Assembly (NCBI GenBank): GCA_965237955.1
Contig: OZ250169.1
Location: 4,736,001-4,800,000 of the forward strand
Reading direction: 5' to 3'
Source: Candidatus Marinacidobacterales bacterium
GTDB taxonomy: Bacteria; Acidobacteriota; Vicinamibacteria; Marinacidobacterales; SMYC01
DNA: 64,000 bases
The notes under the pieces were generated by a model. It searched no databases. It saw only the letters and a program-made list of their open reading frames with translations, and was not told where the DNA came from. The position numbers were made by a program, and so were the translations under genes. Shown one piece after another: positions 10,916-22,164 of this stretch (positions are counted from its first letter, which is position 1; each line of letters opens with the position of its first letter).

Positions 10916-11782
10916 ATGGCGTCGCTTAGCGAGAAGCTGAGGCGCGAACGCGAGCTTCGCGGCATCAGTTTGAAGCAGATTTCCGACGATACGAAAATCG
11001 GAGTCCGTTTTCTCGAGGCTCTCGAAGAAGACAGAATCGAGCTCATACCGGGCGAGTTCTACCGCCGCTCCTACCTCCGCGCGTACGCACGGTATCTCGG
11101 ATTGGACGAGGACCGGGCCGTCAACGCGTATGCGTTTGTCCATCAGCAGAAAGACAGAAACGACGAAAGCCACGAGGGCCAAAACCGTCCTGGGATGGTT
11201 GCGTGGCTCCCCTGGGCTGTCGCTGCTTGCGTTCTCGCTCTCATTGCCGTGTTCTTCGCCCTCTCGAGCTCAGACCCCGCGGAGTCGGCGCAGAGTGCCG
11301 CGCCGCGCGCCACCAAACCCGGGGCGCCGGTGACGCATGACGCCAACGTTGCCACCGCCGGCGCGGGATCCTTGTCCTCCGATGGAAACGCCGATGCGGC
11401 CGCGAGCTCCTCGTCGTCGGCTTCCCGGAGCTCGTCGCCAGCCACCCCAAGTAACAATGTCCCGATGCTGACGCCGTCACGCGAAGGAGCGCCGGCCGAC
11501 GGAGCACTCCGCCTCGTCGTGGCTGTCGGTGAGTCTTGCTGGCTCGAGATTGAAGCGGATGGCGAGGTGGTTACCACCGGACTCAAAGAAGAAGGGTTTC
11601 GACAAGAGTTCACCGCCGATACCGAACTGCGGCTTTGGCTCGGCAATGCCGGCGGAGTGTCGCTCTGGGTCAACGATCAGCCGCTCAAGCCGTTGGGCCG
11701 TGCGGGACAAGTTCGCAAGGATCTGTCGATCACGCCGGACAACTTCATGGACTTCGTGAGCGCGGAGTCGGGGTCGTCATGA
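10916..11782 (+). CDS. rodZ: RodZ-like HTH / TM / DUF4115 protein
   Basis: LRRERELRGISL..TKI, YLRAYARYLGLD, single TM, C-terminal WLEIEADG..LGNAGGV. Confidence 0.85.
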   Translation: MASLSEKLRRERELRGISLKQISDDTKIGVRFLEALEEDRIELIPGEFYRRSYLRAYARYLGLDEDRAVNAYAFVHQQKDRNDESHEGQNRPGMVAWLPWAVAACVLALIAVFFALSSSDPAESAQSAAPRATKPGAPVTHDANVATAGAGSLSSDGNADAAASSSSSASRSSSPATPSNNVPMLTPSREGAPADGALRLVVAVGESCWLEIEADGEVVTTGLKEEGFRQEFTADTELRLWLGNAGGVSLWVNDQPLKPLGRAGQVRKDLSITPDNFMDFVSAESGSS

Positions 11783-12756
11783 GCTCGCCCCTCGTGACTC
11801 TGTTCTTGCTCACGCGTGACCGCGACGACGAGGTGAGCCAGCAAGCGGAGACGAGTCTCCATGTGCTGGACGAGGCGTCGCTCGTGAGCGTGCTGAAAGA
11901 GGAGGCCACTTCGGTGGACGTGCTCGCTTTTTTCGGCACTCGGGCGAGCTCCGACGAGGTCCAACAGGCGCTCGTCCGCAACGCGTCGACCCCCGACGAG
12001 ACGGTTGCGATACTCGTCCCCAAGCTCACCGAGACCAATCTGGAGTTCGTCGTTGTCAACCAGATGCGCCTTCTGAGGCACGCTCCCGTCCTCGCCGCTC
12101 TCGACGCCAACGAGAATCTCAACTTCGACCAGGAGCGGCGCATCAAAGAGCTCAAGTTCGACTTCAAGCTCGACCGCCCCGCCGAGGAGACCGAGCCGCC
12201 GCGGCCGGAACCACAAGCCCCACAGAAACTGGATCTGGGCGCGGGACCGGCCGAAGAAGAGAAGCCCCCGCCCCGCTCGACCGAGGAAGCGGCAGAGCTC
12301 TACGGCGTATCAGATGATACGGAGGCCACCGAGGAAGAGCAGGCGGAGAAGAAGAGCTTGGTGGCCGAGCTCGTCACCATGACCGCCGCCGAGAAGATGA
12401 TGAAGGCTCTGAAAGGCGAGCGCGAGGCGCGGATGATGCTCATCCGCGATCGAAACCGTACCGTGTGGAGTGCCGTCCTCTCGAGCCCCAAGATGAACGA
12501 ATCCGACGCCGAGCAGATTGCCAAGATGCGCAACGTCGCCCCCGACGTGTTGCGAGAGATCGCGAAAAACCGTCAGTTCGTGAAGCGCTACATCGTGGCG
12601 CACGCGCTCGTCAAAAACCCGAAGACCCCGCACGAGGTGTCTTCCAAGCTCCTGGCAAGACTCAAAGATCGCGACTTGAAGCGACTGATTAAGGACCGTA
12701 ATGTCTCTGAGCAGGTCCGTCGTCTCGCGCAAAAGCGTACGCGTACAAACAAATAG
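11779..12756 (+). CDS. Helical-repeat (LRV-like) hypothetical protein, related in pattern to 10057..10797
   Basis: ALVRNASTPDE, KMMKALKGEREARMMLIRD, ALVKNPKTP; ATG overlaps the rodZ stop. Confidence 0.75.
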   Translation: MSSPLVTLFLLTRDRDDEVSQQAETSLHVLDEASLVSVLKEEATSVDVLAFFGTRASSDEVQQALVRNASTPDETVAILVPKLTETNLEFVVVNQMRLLRHAPVLAALDANENLNFDQERRIKELKFDFKLDRPAEETEPPRPEPQAPQKLDLGAGPAEEEKPPPRSTEEAAELYGVSDDTEATEEEQAEKKSLVAELVTMTAAEKMMKALKGEREARMMLIRDRNRTVWSAVLSSPKMNESDAEQIAKMRNVAPDVLREIAKNRQFVKRYIVAHALVKNPKTPHEVSSKLLARLKDRDLKRLIKDRNVSEQVRRLAQKRTRTNK

Positions 12757-12770
12757 CCGAGCTAGGATCG

Positions 12771-13370
12771 ATGACCGACGACTACTACGCAATCCTCCGC
12801 GTGGCCAAGACCGCGTCCACAGGAGAGATCAAAAAAGCCTACCTGCAGTTGGCCCGGGACAACCATCCCGATCGATTCAAGGATCCGGCCGAACGCGACG
12901 AGGCCGGTCAGCGGTTCCAGCTGATCACCGAAGCGTTCAACCAACTACGTGATGAGAAAAACCGTAAGGAGTATGATAGGGATCTCTCGAAAGTGACGAA
13001 GCCCCCCGAGGAGGAGGCTCGTCTGTATTTCAAGAACGGGGAGTTGCGTGAGCAAGCTCAAGAATACGACTACGCCTTGAAGCTCTACTACGAAGCGATG
13101 CGCCTGCAGCCGGACAACGTCGACTACATTCTCGCGGGGCGGGGCGTTTGTTGGCCAAGGACAAGGCCAAGCAGCGCCAGGCGGTGGACCTCTTCAACCA
13201 GGCGATGCAGAAGGACCCGACCTCACCCGAGCCACATCTCGAGCTCGGCGCGCTCTACTCGAGAACGGGTATGCTCGTCCGCGCCAAGCGGGTCTACGAA
13301 AACGCGTTGAAGCAGTTGCCGAATCACCCCGAGCTCAAGCGCCGCTTTGCGCAAGTCAAGGAGGATAAGT
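12771..13370 (+). pseudogene. DnaJ-domain + TPR protein, frameshifted
   Basis: J domain with HPD; TPRs continue in another frame after GCGGGGCGGGGCG (~13135-13147); removing 5 nt restores ILAGRLLAKDK. Confidence 0.8.
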
Positions 13371-13380
13371 AGAGCTGACA

Positions 13381-14130
13381 ATGGTCGAATCACGTTCTCT
13401 CAGCGATGTGGGCCTCAAGCGCCCCATCAACGAAGACAGCTTCTGCTCGAACGATGACGAAGGTCTGTACGTGGTTGCCGACGGGATGGGTGGTCACGCT
13501 CATGGTGAAGTCGCTTCGCGCATTGCCGTCGACACCATCGCGGACTTCATCAAGCTCACGTCGGGCGACCAGGAGATCACCTGGCCGTACGGAATCGACG
13601 AAGGTCTCACCCTCAACTCGAACCGCCTCAAGACGTCGATTCGATTCGCCAACCAGAAGCTGCTCGAGCACACCCAACAAGAGTCGGACTGCGAGGGCAT
13701 GGCGACGACGGTGGTGGCGGTGCTCGTCGAAGAGGGCGTGGCGGACATCGCGCACGTTGGTGACTCTCGCGTGTATCTGGTTCGAAGCGGTGACATTCGA
13801 TGCCTTACGAGCGATCATTCCTGGGTGAACGAGCAGGTGATGTCGGGAGTCATCGACAGCGACCAGGCGCGCACCCATCCTCTGAAAAATGTCGTAACCC
13901 GCGCGCTCGGCGGCAAGTCGGATCTCGAAGTCGACGTCCAGACGCTCGAGCTCGAGACCGACGATCGGATTTTGTTGTGTTCGGACGGACTGACGACGAT
14001 GCTCGACGACAGTCAGATACTCGACATCGTGCTCGATGGAGGAGTCGAGGCGGCCGACCGACTCGTCGAGGCTGCAAATCGAAACGGAGGGGAGGATAAT
14101 ACGACGACGATTTTGCTCCGGGTTCCGTGA
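13381..14130 (+). CDS. PP2C-family Ser/Thr phosphatase (Stp1-like)
   Basis: NED, VADGMGG, HVGDSR, LCSDGL, GGEDN. Confidence 0.95.
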   Translation: MVESRSLSDVGLKRPINEDSFCSNDDEGLYVVADGMGGHAHGEVASRIAVDTIADFIKLTSGDQEITWPYGIDEGLTLNSNRLKTSIRFANQKLLEHTQQESDCEGMATTVVAVLVEEGVADIAHVGDSRVYLVRSGDIRCLTSDHSWVNEQVMSGVIDSDQARTHPLKNVVTRALGGKSDLEVDVQTLELETDDRILLCSDGLTTMLDDSQILDIVLDGGVEAADRLVEAANRNGGEDNTTTILLRVP

Positions 14131-14230
14131 TTTTGGGTTTTGCCGGCTTGCTCGAAAGCTCCGCCCCCCCGGACGTTTCGGGCATGCTGTTGGGGTAGGG
14201 GTCTCGATCATTAAAATGTACCGGTGAGCA

Positions 14231-16442
14231 ATGACGGATAAAGATACAGACGTTCGCATCGGCAAATCCACCATCATCCGCCGTCTCGGGCGAGGGGGGA
14301 TGGGGGCCGTTTACGAGGGGCACGATCCGGCGCTCGATCGCAGCGTGGCGATCAAGACATTGACGGCCGATGTCATCGCCGACAAGGACTCGCGTAGTCG
14401 CTTCGAGCGCGAAGCCAAAGCAGCGGCGAAGCTGCAACACCCCAACATCGTCACGATCTACGAGCTCGGGAACTTCGGCGGCAACGAAAAGCCGTATATC
14501 GTGATGGAGTATCTTGAGAGTACGGACGTCTCGACGTTCATCGGCAAGAAGGGTATGCCGATTGCCGAGGCCCTCGATATCACGGTTCAGCTGTGTCGTG
14601 CTCTCGATTTCGCTCACCAAAATGGTGTCGTGCACCGTGACGTGAAGCCGGCCAACCTGCGCTATCTCGACAACGGTCAAGTCAAGATCATGGATTTCGG
14701 CATCGCTCGCATGGAGGGCGGCCACCAGATCACCAAGAGCGGGGTGATGATCGGGACCCTGCACTACATGTCACCCGAACAGATTCGAGGTCAGAAGCTC
14801 GACGGCCGCACCGATATCTTCTCCGCCGGTTGCATCCTCTATGAGCTTCTCACCGGTGAGCGACCCTTCCCCGGTGAATCCGCTACGTCGATTCTCTACA
14901 ACATCGTGAACGAGACGCCGACGCCGATCGTCGAGAAGAATACGGACCTTCCTCAGGAAATCCAGGACGTTGTCGATCGTGCGATGGCCAAGAATCCCGA
15001 TGATCGGTTCAAGGCCGCCGGAGAAATGGCTCGCGAGATCGAGAAGATCGTCAACGTTTTTCGCAAGACGCTACCTCGCACCACGCAGGTGTTGCAGCAG
15101 AGTCTGGACGAGCTCTCCGCTCTGAGCCGCGCGAAAAAGTGGCAGGAGCTCGTGCCCAAAGCGCGGGAGCTCCTCGAGCGCCATCCGCAGCTCGACGAAG
15201 CGCGGCGCCATCTCCGACGGGCCCTACGTGAGCTGCGCCACCAAGAGACCGAGCATCAGCTGACGGCAGAGGACCGGACCCGTCACCTCGAAGAGATCCA
15301 GCACGAGCTCACCGACCTCTACGGCTCCCGCTCAGCCACGATGCGCGGTGTGTCCGACGAAACCGAGCTCGCCACCGCGACGCCGACGAGGAGCTCGCTC
15401 GAACCGCTCCCGGCCGGTGAAGCCAAGGAAGGAAGCGGAGAGCCCGAGTCGACAGCAGCAGTGCGCGCTCTCGCCGCACCGATCTGGGCGCTGGTTATCG
15501 TGGTTTTGCTGGGTCTCGCCGGAGTGTTGTACTGGCTGTTCCTGCGCGAGCCACCCGGACCACAACCGGTGTCGCACACGATCCAAGTTCGCTCAGAGCC
15601 GCCGGGTGCCGCGGTCTACCTGAACGGAGCCGCCACCGGACTCGTGACCACTAGGACGACGACGGCGTTGAGCTGCTCCTTTCGGGCATGACCGAGGAGT
15701 CGCACGCGATCGAAGTCCGGCTCGAAGGTTTCGAGTCGGCCTCGAACGACGTCACGTTGATGATCGACCCGCCGGCGCCGCTCGAGTTCGTGTTGACATC
15801 GACGATGCGGCTTTTCGAGCTAGGAACCGCACCCCAAGGAGCGACTGTTACGCTCGACGGGGAAACCATCGACGGCGTCACGCCGATGACCCTGGAGCTT
15901 TCGGACGATGACCACGAGATTCGGCTTTCACGAACGGACTATCGCTCGGCCACGGTCGAGATCGCCCGAGGCCAGCCGCGTCCCTCGGGGCCGGTCCAGC
16001 TCACACCGCTGGGGCGGCCAGGGACGTTTCAAGTGCAAGCGAGCTATCCCGTCGCGATCCTCCCGTCGCGATCCTCCGAGGGGAACGAGAGATGGCCGCC
16101 GCGTCGACGAGCCCGAGCGTGCAGCTTCGGCCGGGGAGTTATCAGCTTCGGCTGTTGGCGCCCGACAAGTTCTTGAACCGCTCGGTCCAAGTGACGATCC
16201 GTGAGGCCAACGTGACCACGCACCAGGCGCCACCGCTCGGGCGCGTCAACGTCCGCGCCAACCCCGGCAACTGTACCCTGACTATCGACGGCATGCCGGC
16301 CGGTGCGCCGCCGTTCATGAACCGTGAGGTGGTGACGGGGGAACACGAGTTCGTGTTCACCTGGCTGGGCGACGTTACCGATGTTCACACCGTCACGGTG
16401 GGCGCGGCGCAGCCGGCTTATGTGATCGGGCAAAGACCATGA
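14231..16442 (+). pseudogene. Membrane Hanks-type Ser/Thr kinase with C-terminal PEGA domains, two frameshifts in the extracytoplasmic part
   Basis: LGRGGMGAVY, VAIK, HRDVKPAN, DFG, YMSPEQ; TM; PEGA repeats split over three ORFs (frameshift ~15650; 14-bp duplication 16047-16074). Confidence 0.85.
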
Positions 16443-16505
16443 TGCGCCATCAGCCATCGGCCATCAGCCATCGGTTGGGCGGCGTGCCTTTGAGGAGGAC
16501 TTGTT

Positions 16506-18016
16506 GTGAGTGATCGGTTGAGACTTCGGGTGGTTTTGCTTGGCTTCTTCTTGTGATTGCGGCAACTGCTTTTGCTCAGGGGCCGCCGACGGATTTGGCG
16601 CGTCAGCATCTCGAGAGCGGCACTCAGTTTTATGAGCAGGGTCGTTACAAGCAGGCGTTGAACGACTTCCAGATTATCGTGACCTCGATGGCCGATACCG
16701 AATACGCGGACGACGCCCTGCTCCTCATCGGACGCTACTACCTCGATATCGAAGAGGATTTCGACGAGGCCAAGGAGAGCTTTGACGCGGCGCTGCGCGG
16801 CTACCCGACGGGCAATGCGGCGCCGGGCGCGTACTACTACCTGGGCGAGGTGGTGTTTCGCTCGGACCGGACCGGTGGCGCGATCGACGATGCGCTCGCG
16901 AACTATCAGCGTGTGTTTCTCTATGCGGGCAATCCTTGGATTCCGGCCGCGCTGTACTCGACCGGCCGTGCGCTCGAGCGCCAGGGCAGGTTTCAGGACG
17001 CCGTGGACGCCTACTTTCAAGTCATCGTGGACCACTCCCGATCGGATTGGTCGGCCGGTGCACAGCTCGGGGTCGGGCGAAGCTCGGTGAGGCAAGGCGA
17101 GCCGCTGGGGGCCATGGCTCAGTTCCAGGAAGTGAGAAACAACTATCCGGATACGGCTGAGGCCGACGTGGCGCTCGACTGGCTGACGCTCTTGTACCGC
17201 TTCTACGGCGCACCGATGCTGGGAAAGTCGGTCTCCTTCCGGAAGGACTCGAGCTTCAAGCCAGCGCTCCGGGACAAATTCAAAGACGTGAGAGCACTGC
17301 GGGTGTCCGACAGCGGAATCCACGTCCTCGAGCGAGGGCGCAAGCGCGTGATCACCTTCGACCGAGCCGGCCAGCTGGCGGGAACGATCGCCGCCGCCAA
17401 CCCGTACGGGTTATCCGTCGACCCGCGTGGCCAGCTCGTCATCGCCAGCGAGAAGGGTCTCATCCTCGATGGAGCACCCAGGAGCTACACCGTGCCGGCG
17501 AAGGACGGACCCGAGCCCCTCGAGAAGATCCGCTGGGCGGCTCGCGATCGATTGGGCGAAGTCTACGTCTATGACGAGAAGCAGAAAAAGATCTTGAGGT
17601 TCGATGAAACCGGGCAACTGCTCGGCCCGTTCCCGGACGCAACACCGCGCGAGGTGTTGGCCATCGAAGTCGACCAGCTCGGCAATCTCGTGCTGCTGCT
17701 GAAGAAGGATCGCGACGTGATCGTGTACTCTCCCGGGGGCCGGGCGCTCGCGAGGATCCCGACGAAGCGCGGTGGCCCGGTGACGCTCAAGAAAGCGACC
17801 GACATCGCCCTCGATCCGGCAGGCTATCTTTACATTCTCGACCAAGACCGAGCGCAAATCGCGGTGTTCGACGCCGCTTACCAACACCTCACGACGTTGA
17901 CGGCTCAGAGCCTCGGCTCTGGTGCTCTCCAAAAGCCCGTTACCATGGACGTCGACGCTTCCGGAGCTCTCTATGTTTATGATGACAAGGCGAAAGCGAT
18001 TATCCGGCTTCATTGA
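16506..18016 (+). CDS. Secreted TPR (BamD/YbgF-like) + NHL beta-propeller protein; probable frameshift in the signal peptide
   Basis: TPRs then NHL-like repeats (DIALDPAGYLYILD). RBS GAGGAGG and GTG at 16506 are out of frame with the main ORF at 16553. Confidence 0.75.
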
Positions 18017-20258
18017 GCCCGTTCAGGTTGTCCATGTTGTTCTCGGCTGCCTGCTAGCAGCGACTGCATTCGCGCCCGGACAAGCTCAAGCTCGAGCTCA
18101 GCAGGCGCCGGGCTTTGGGCAGGCCGAGCAGCTTGAACCAGCGAGGGGCGCGCTGACGCTCGAGGAGCAGGAGCTCCTGTTCCGGCTCTCGCAGCAGTTC
18201 CAGGAAGCGCTCGAGCTCTTCGAGGATCCGCAGCGGCAGTCACAGTCCATCTACTTTTTCACCCAGATCGTCGATGCGGTGAACGATGAGCGGCGTACCC
18301 AGGAGGAAGTGGCCTCGGAGATCATCGCTCTCCAGCAGCGTTCGCTCGAGCATCGAGCGCGGTCTTTTTTTACGGCAGGACAGCTCCAGGGTGCCACCGA
18401 CGATTTCCGCCAGCTCCTGCTCGACAACCCTCGCTACGGACTCGATACCGAGGCGCTGTCGCCACGGCTCGTCGACTTCTTCGAAGATCTGAAAAAGCAG
18501 CTCATCGGCTATGTCGCCGTAACCACCGAGCCCGCAGGCGCGCGGGTGATGGTGAACGGTAACTTCATCGGGATCACCAACTTCTTTCCGATCGAGGTGC
18601 ACACCGGGATCGCACGGATCGAGGTCACGCTCGAAGGACACGAAACATACGCCGATGACGAAATGAGGATTGGTCCGGGAGAGATCACGACGCTGGATCT
18701 CGCGTTGACGCGCACCAGCGCCCGACTCCCGATCATCACCGATCCGTCCGGTGTCGAGATCGTCGTCGACGGGGAAGTCGTCGGCGCGACATCCGGAACG
18801 TTACCTCCGGATCTTCGAAGCTTCATGCCCGCGAACATGGATCCGAACCGGCTTTCGGCTCCGTACGAGCTCGGGGCGCTTCCCCTGGGACAGCATCAGA
18901 TCGAGCTGCGCTTGGATTGTTACCGGTCAGTCTCGTTTCCGTTCAACGCGGACGAGCCACGGGATTACACGGCGCAAATCGTCAAGCTCGAGGACTCGAT
19001 CGGAAGCTTGACCATCACCTCCAATCCGTCGGAGGCGAGCGTGTACATCGACGGAGAGCTCCGGGGCACGACACCACTCGATCTGAAGCGGGTGTGCTCG
19101 GGTCCGCACCATCTCGAGGTGAAACACGTCACCGGGAAGTACGTCGAAGACATCGACGTCGGTCCGGACGAATCCCTCTCGTTCGAGTGTCCGATTCGAC
19201 CTACGCTCGCCATCGTCGGCATCGTCGCCGATGAAGAGGTTTCTGCGCGCGATGTGGCCGATATCCGGCAAAAGCTCCGGGAGGAGCTCAAAAACCTCGA
19301 GCGAATGAACCTCGTGTTCGCCGAAGACGAGCTGGTAAGGACCCAAATGGGAGCGGCGGGGTTGACTGCTTTCGTCCCGGCGCGATCGGACGCTGATGTC
19401 AGCACCGATCAGGTCCGCGAGCTCTCGGAAAAACTCGGAAAAGCACTCGAAGCCGAAGCGCTTCTCGTCGCCTACGTCCCGTCACAGCGGTTGGTCAAAG
19501 ATATCGTGCTGCACTTTATCGCCGTGGGCTCGACCGTTCCCGACGTATACCCGCTCAACTACCTCGACCCGCAAGCGTTCCCAGCGTTTCTGGACGAGCT
19601 GTCGACGCCGACGCCGCTTCACGGAAGCTGGGCCGGATTTCTCGCCGTCGACACCCGTATCAACGACGGGCCCATCGTCCTCGCGGTCGGTGCCGGCGGA
19701 CCGGCCGAGGCGTCAGGTCTACAACCAGGTGACGTCGTCGTCGCCGCAGACGGGAATCCCGTGACCCGAGCGCTCGATCTCCTGGAGGCGGTCCGCGCGG
19801 CCGAGCCAGGCGCGAGCGTGGCCCTCAACATTACCCGAGGCGGCTCGAGCTCCTCGCTCTCGCTCAATGTCGGCACCACACCGCTCGAAGTCCCGTTAGG
19901 CGATCCGAGCTTTCTTTACAACAAAGCGATCGTCGACTTACGCCATCGGATGGTGACCGAGCCCGAGAACGAGAACCTTGCTCGTTTGAACGTGGGTTTG
20001 TGTCACATGGAGCTGGGTGACTACGAGACCGCTCTCAAGGAGTATTTGCCTCGGGTGGTGCTGCCGGAGACGACCGGGATCTCTCAAGGGACGGTTTTGT
20101 ACTACACGGCGCTCGCCTATTTGAAACTCGGCGAGAGGGCCGACGCGGCACGCCTGTTCCAACGAGCACTCGGCTTTCCGGACGCGACCCTCCACTCGAA
20201 CGACGGCCCGAGAGTCGCACCACTGGCCCAACGCCGCCTCCGCGAGCTCGGCCAGTAG
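17922..20258 (+). CDS. Secreted TPR + PEGA + PDZ protein (true start likely ~18030)
   Basis: Signal-like LGCLLAATAFA, PEGA repeats (TTEPAGARV, TSNPSEASVYIDG), PDZ (GPAEASGLQPGDVV), C-terminal TPR. Confidence 0.8.
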   Translation: MLSKSPLPWTSTLPELSMFMMTRRKRLSGFIEPVQVVHVVLGCLLAATAFAPGQAQARAQQAPGFGQAEQLEPARGALTLEEQELLFRLSQQFQEALELFEDPQRQSQSIYFFTQIVDAVNDERRTQEEVASEIIALQQRSLEHRARSFFTAGQLQGATDDFRQLLLDNPRYGLDTEALSPRLVDFFEDLKKQLIGYVAVTTEPAGARVMVNGNFIGITNFFPIEVHTGIARIEVTLEGHETYADDEMRIGPGEITTLDLALTRTSARLPIITDPSGVEIVVDGEVVGATSGTLPPDLRSFMPANMDPNRLSAPYELGALPLGQHQIELRLDCYRSVSFPFNADEPRDYTAQIVKLEDSIGSLTITSNPSEASVYIDGELRGTTPLDLKRVCSGPHHLEVKHVTGKYVEDIDVGPDESLSFECPIRPTLAIVGIVADEEVSARDVADIRQKLREELKNLERMNLVFAEDELVRTQMGAAGLTAFVPARSDADVSTDQVRELSEKLGKALEAEALLVAYVPSQRLVKDIVLHFIAVGSTVPDVYPLNYLDPQAFPAFLDELSTPTPLHGSWAGFLAVDTRINDGPIVLAVGAGGPAEASGLQPGDVVVAADGNPVTRALDLLEAVRAAEPGASVALNITRGGSSSSLSLNVGTTPLEVPLGDPSFLYNKAIVDLRHRMVTEPENENLARLNVGLCHMELGDYETALKEYLPRVVLPETTGISQGTVLYYTALAYLKLGERADAARLFQRALGFPDATLHSNDGPRVAPLAQRRLRELGQ

Positions 20259-20294
20259 CGCTCGCGGCGAGAACGATCCATACTTGCCGCAGCA

Positions 20295-21863
20295 GTGCGT
20301 GACGAACCGCCGCTTTTCACGCGCCGGCGGGCGGATCGCAAGGACGTGCTATCTGTTGGGGGGGACGAGGTTTCTGTGAACAAGCTCATCATTCGACACG
20401 GCGAGCGCGTGACCGAGCATCCGATCGATGACCATCCGCTCGTCGTCGGCCGCGACCCGCAGTGCGATCTTTTTTTCGCCGACAAGAAGCTCTCGCGGCG
20501 CCACGCGCGCTTCGAGCGAGACGGTGACGGCATCCGGCTCGTGGACTTGGGAAGTCGCAATGGCTGCTGGGTCAACGAAGAGAGGGTCGAGAAGAAACTT
20601 CTGACACCGTCCGACGCCGTTCGTCTCGGCAGCCTATCGGTCACTCTGGAAGCAGAGCCGGAACCGGCCGAGCGCGACGACCAGGAGTCGACGGTATACC
20701 TTTCGGCGGAGCCCCCGTCGGACGATAGCGGGACCATGGTGTTGTCCAGCAATGATTTGCCGGATGCCGAGCCACCGCGGGACGCGGGCACGGTCATCCT
20801 CCCCCCGCCCGACACGCCCGACGCGAACGCCCCGGCGCAGGACTCGACGACGCGCAGGGTAGAAGTGGGCCACGAAGACCCGACGTTGAGAAAGCCCGAC
20901 ACCGTCGCTCGAGAAGCCCGAGAAGGAAGCTCCGAGCAAACGATCATGCTTCAAGGGAACGCACCTCGAGCCGCAACCGATACCGGGACCGTCATCTTTC
21001 GAGGCAAGACCGCTCCCGCCATGGACGATGCGACTCGACTCGCGCCCGCCGGCGGTGCCGCCGAAACGAAGATGCAGGCCCCCGGCGCGCCTCGGTTGCC
21101 CGAAGCGTCGCCCGATACATCGGTGCAGCCGGGCGAGCAATCCTGGGACTTCGAGCCCCCCGTCCGGGCGGCACGTCCACTTCAGGCGAGCACTCTCCGG
21201 TTCGTGGGCTTGGTCGCGGCGATCGCGGCGCTTGCGTTCGTCGTTCTGGCCATGCCGTTGCTGCGCACGCTCGGGAGCGCCCTTGCGGCGGAGTCTTCGC
21301 TTCGAGGCCGGGCCCTCGTCGATCTGCTGGCGGCAACCAACGAAGAGGCGTTGCGTGAGAATCGTCCGGAGACGCTCTCCACCGAACGCGTCGCCGGTGA
21401 GCCAGGCGTGGTCGGGGCGTACATTCTCGATCCGATGGGGCGGGTCCTCGCCCCCGCGGCGATGCCCGGTGAGTCGTCGGGACCACTCCTTTCGAATCTC
21501 GGCTTCGACGTCGAAGCGAAGGACATCCGCGCGTTCCGCGAAAGCCGAGCCGGGGACGACACCACCGTGTACGCGTTACCGGTTCGCGCCCAGGGGCGAC
21601 GGCTCGGAGTTGCCGTGTTGCACTACCGCGTCGGCGCCGCGGTTTCCAGGTGGACCGTGGTGATGCTCGTGCTCGGATCGCTTCTCCTTCTGATGGGGGT
21701 GGCTGCGGCGGTGTTGGTGGCGAGGCGATGGACGCTCCTGCCGGTCCAGGAGCTCAAAGACGATGTCGAAGCTCTCCGGCGCGGGTTCGTCGAAAGCCTC
21801 GCCGAGGACCGGCCGTACTCGGATCTTGCTACCATCGCACGCAACTTCAACGAGCTCGTGTAA
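20295..21863 (+). CDS. FHA - linker - TM - periplasmic domain - TM - HAMP-like membrane protein
   Basis: VGRD..SRRHA..DLGSRNG FHA motif; two TM helices; ends at DLATIARNFNELV with no output domain. Confidence 0.8.
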   Translation: MRDEPPLFTRRRADRKDVLSVGGDEVSVNKLIIRHGERVTEHPIDDHPLVVGRDPQCDLFFADKKLSRRHARFERDGDGIRLVDLGSRNGCWVNEERVEKKLLTPSDAVRLGSLSVTLEAEPEPAERDDQESTVYLSAEPPSDDSGTMVLSSNDLPDAEPPRDAGTVILPPPDTPDANAPAQDSTTRRVEVGHEDPTLRKPDTVAREAREGSSEQTIMLQGNAPRAATDTGTVIFRGKTAPAMDDATRLAPAGGAAETKMQAPGAPRLPEASPDTSVQPGEQSWDFEPPVRAARPLQASTLRFVGLVAAIAALAFVVLAMPLLRTLGSALAAESSLRGRALVDLLAATNEEALRENRPETLSTERVAGEPGVVGAYILDPMGRVLAPAAMPGESSGPLLSNLGFDVEAKDIRAFRESRAGDDTTVYALPVRAQGRRLGVAVLHYRVGAAVSRWTVVMLVLGSLLLLMGVAAAVLVARRWTLLPVQELKDDVEALRRGFVESLAEDRPYSDLATIARNFNELV

Positions 21864-22164
21864 CAGCGCGACCCTGACACCTCAGGAAGTGGCTCGGCCA
21901 CGTTCGAGCCAATGCTCGATCCCACGCTGGTGCCGGAAGAACACGAGCAAGCCGATCGCTAACCTCGGAGCTCGGGACGTACACGGCGGCGAGGATTTGG
22001 GGCGTGTCCCTGCAGAGAATTGGACCGAGGCGCGAAGCGCCGAGCACCACGAGCTGATGGCTGATGGCTCGCGGCGGTCAATGGGTTGCGGCTCCGCCGC
22101 GCCGTGATCCTGTGGTAGTCTTGTCTTCGGTGTTTTTCTATTCCCCGCGAGTGCTATTCCAGCC

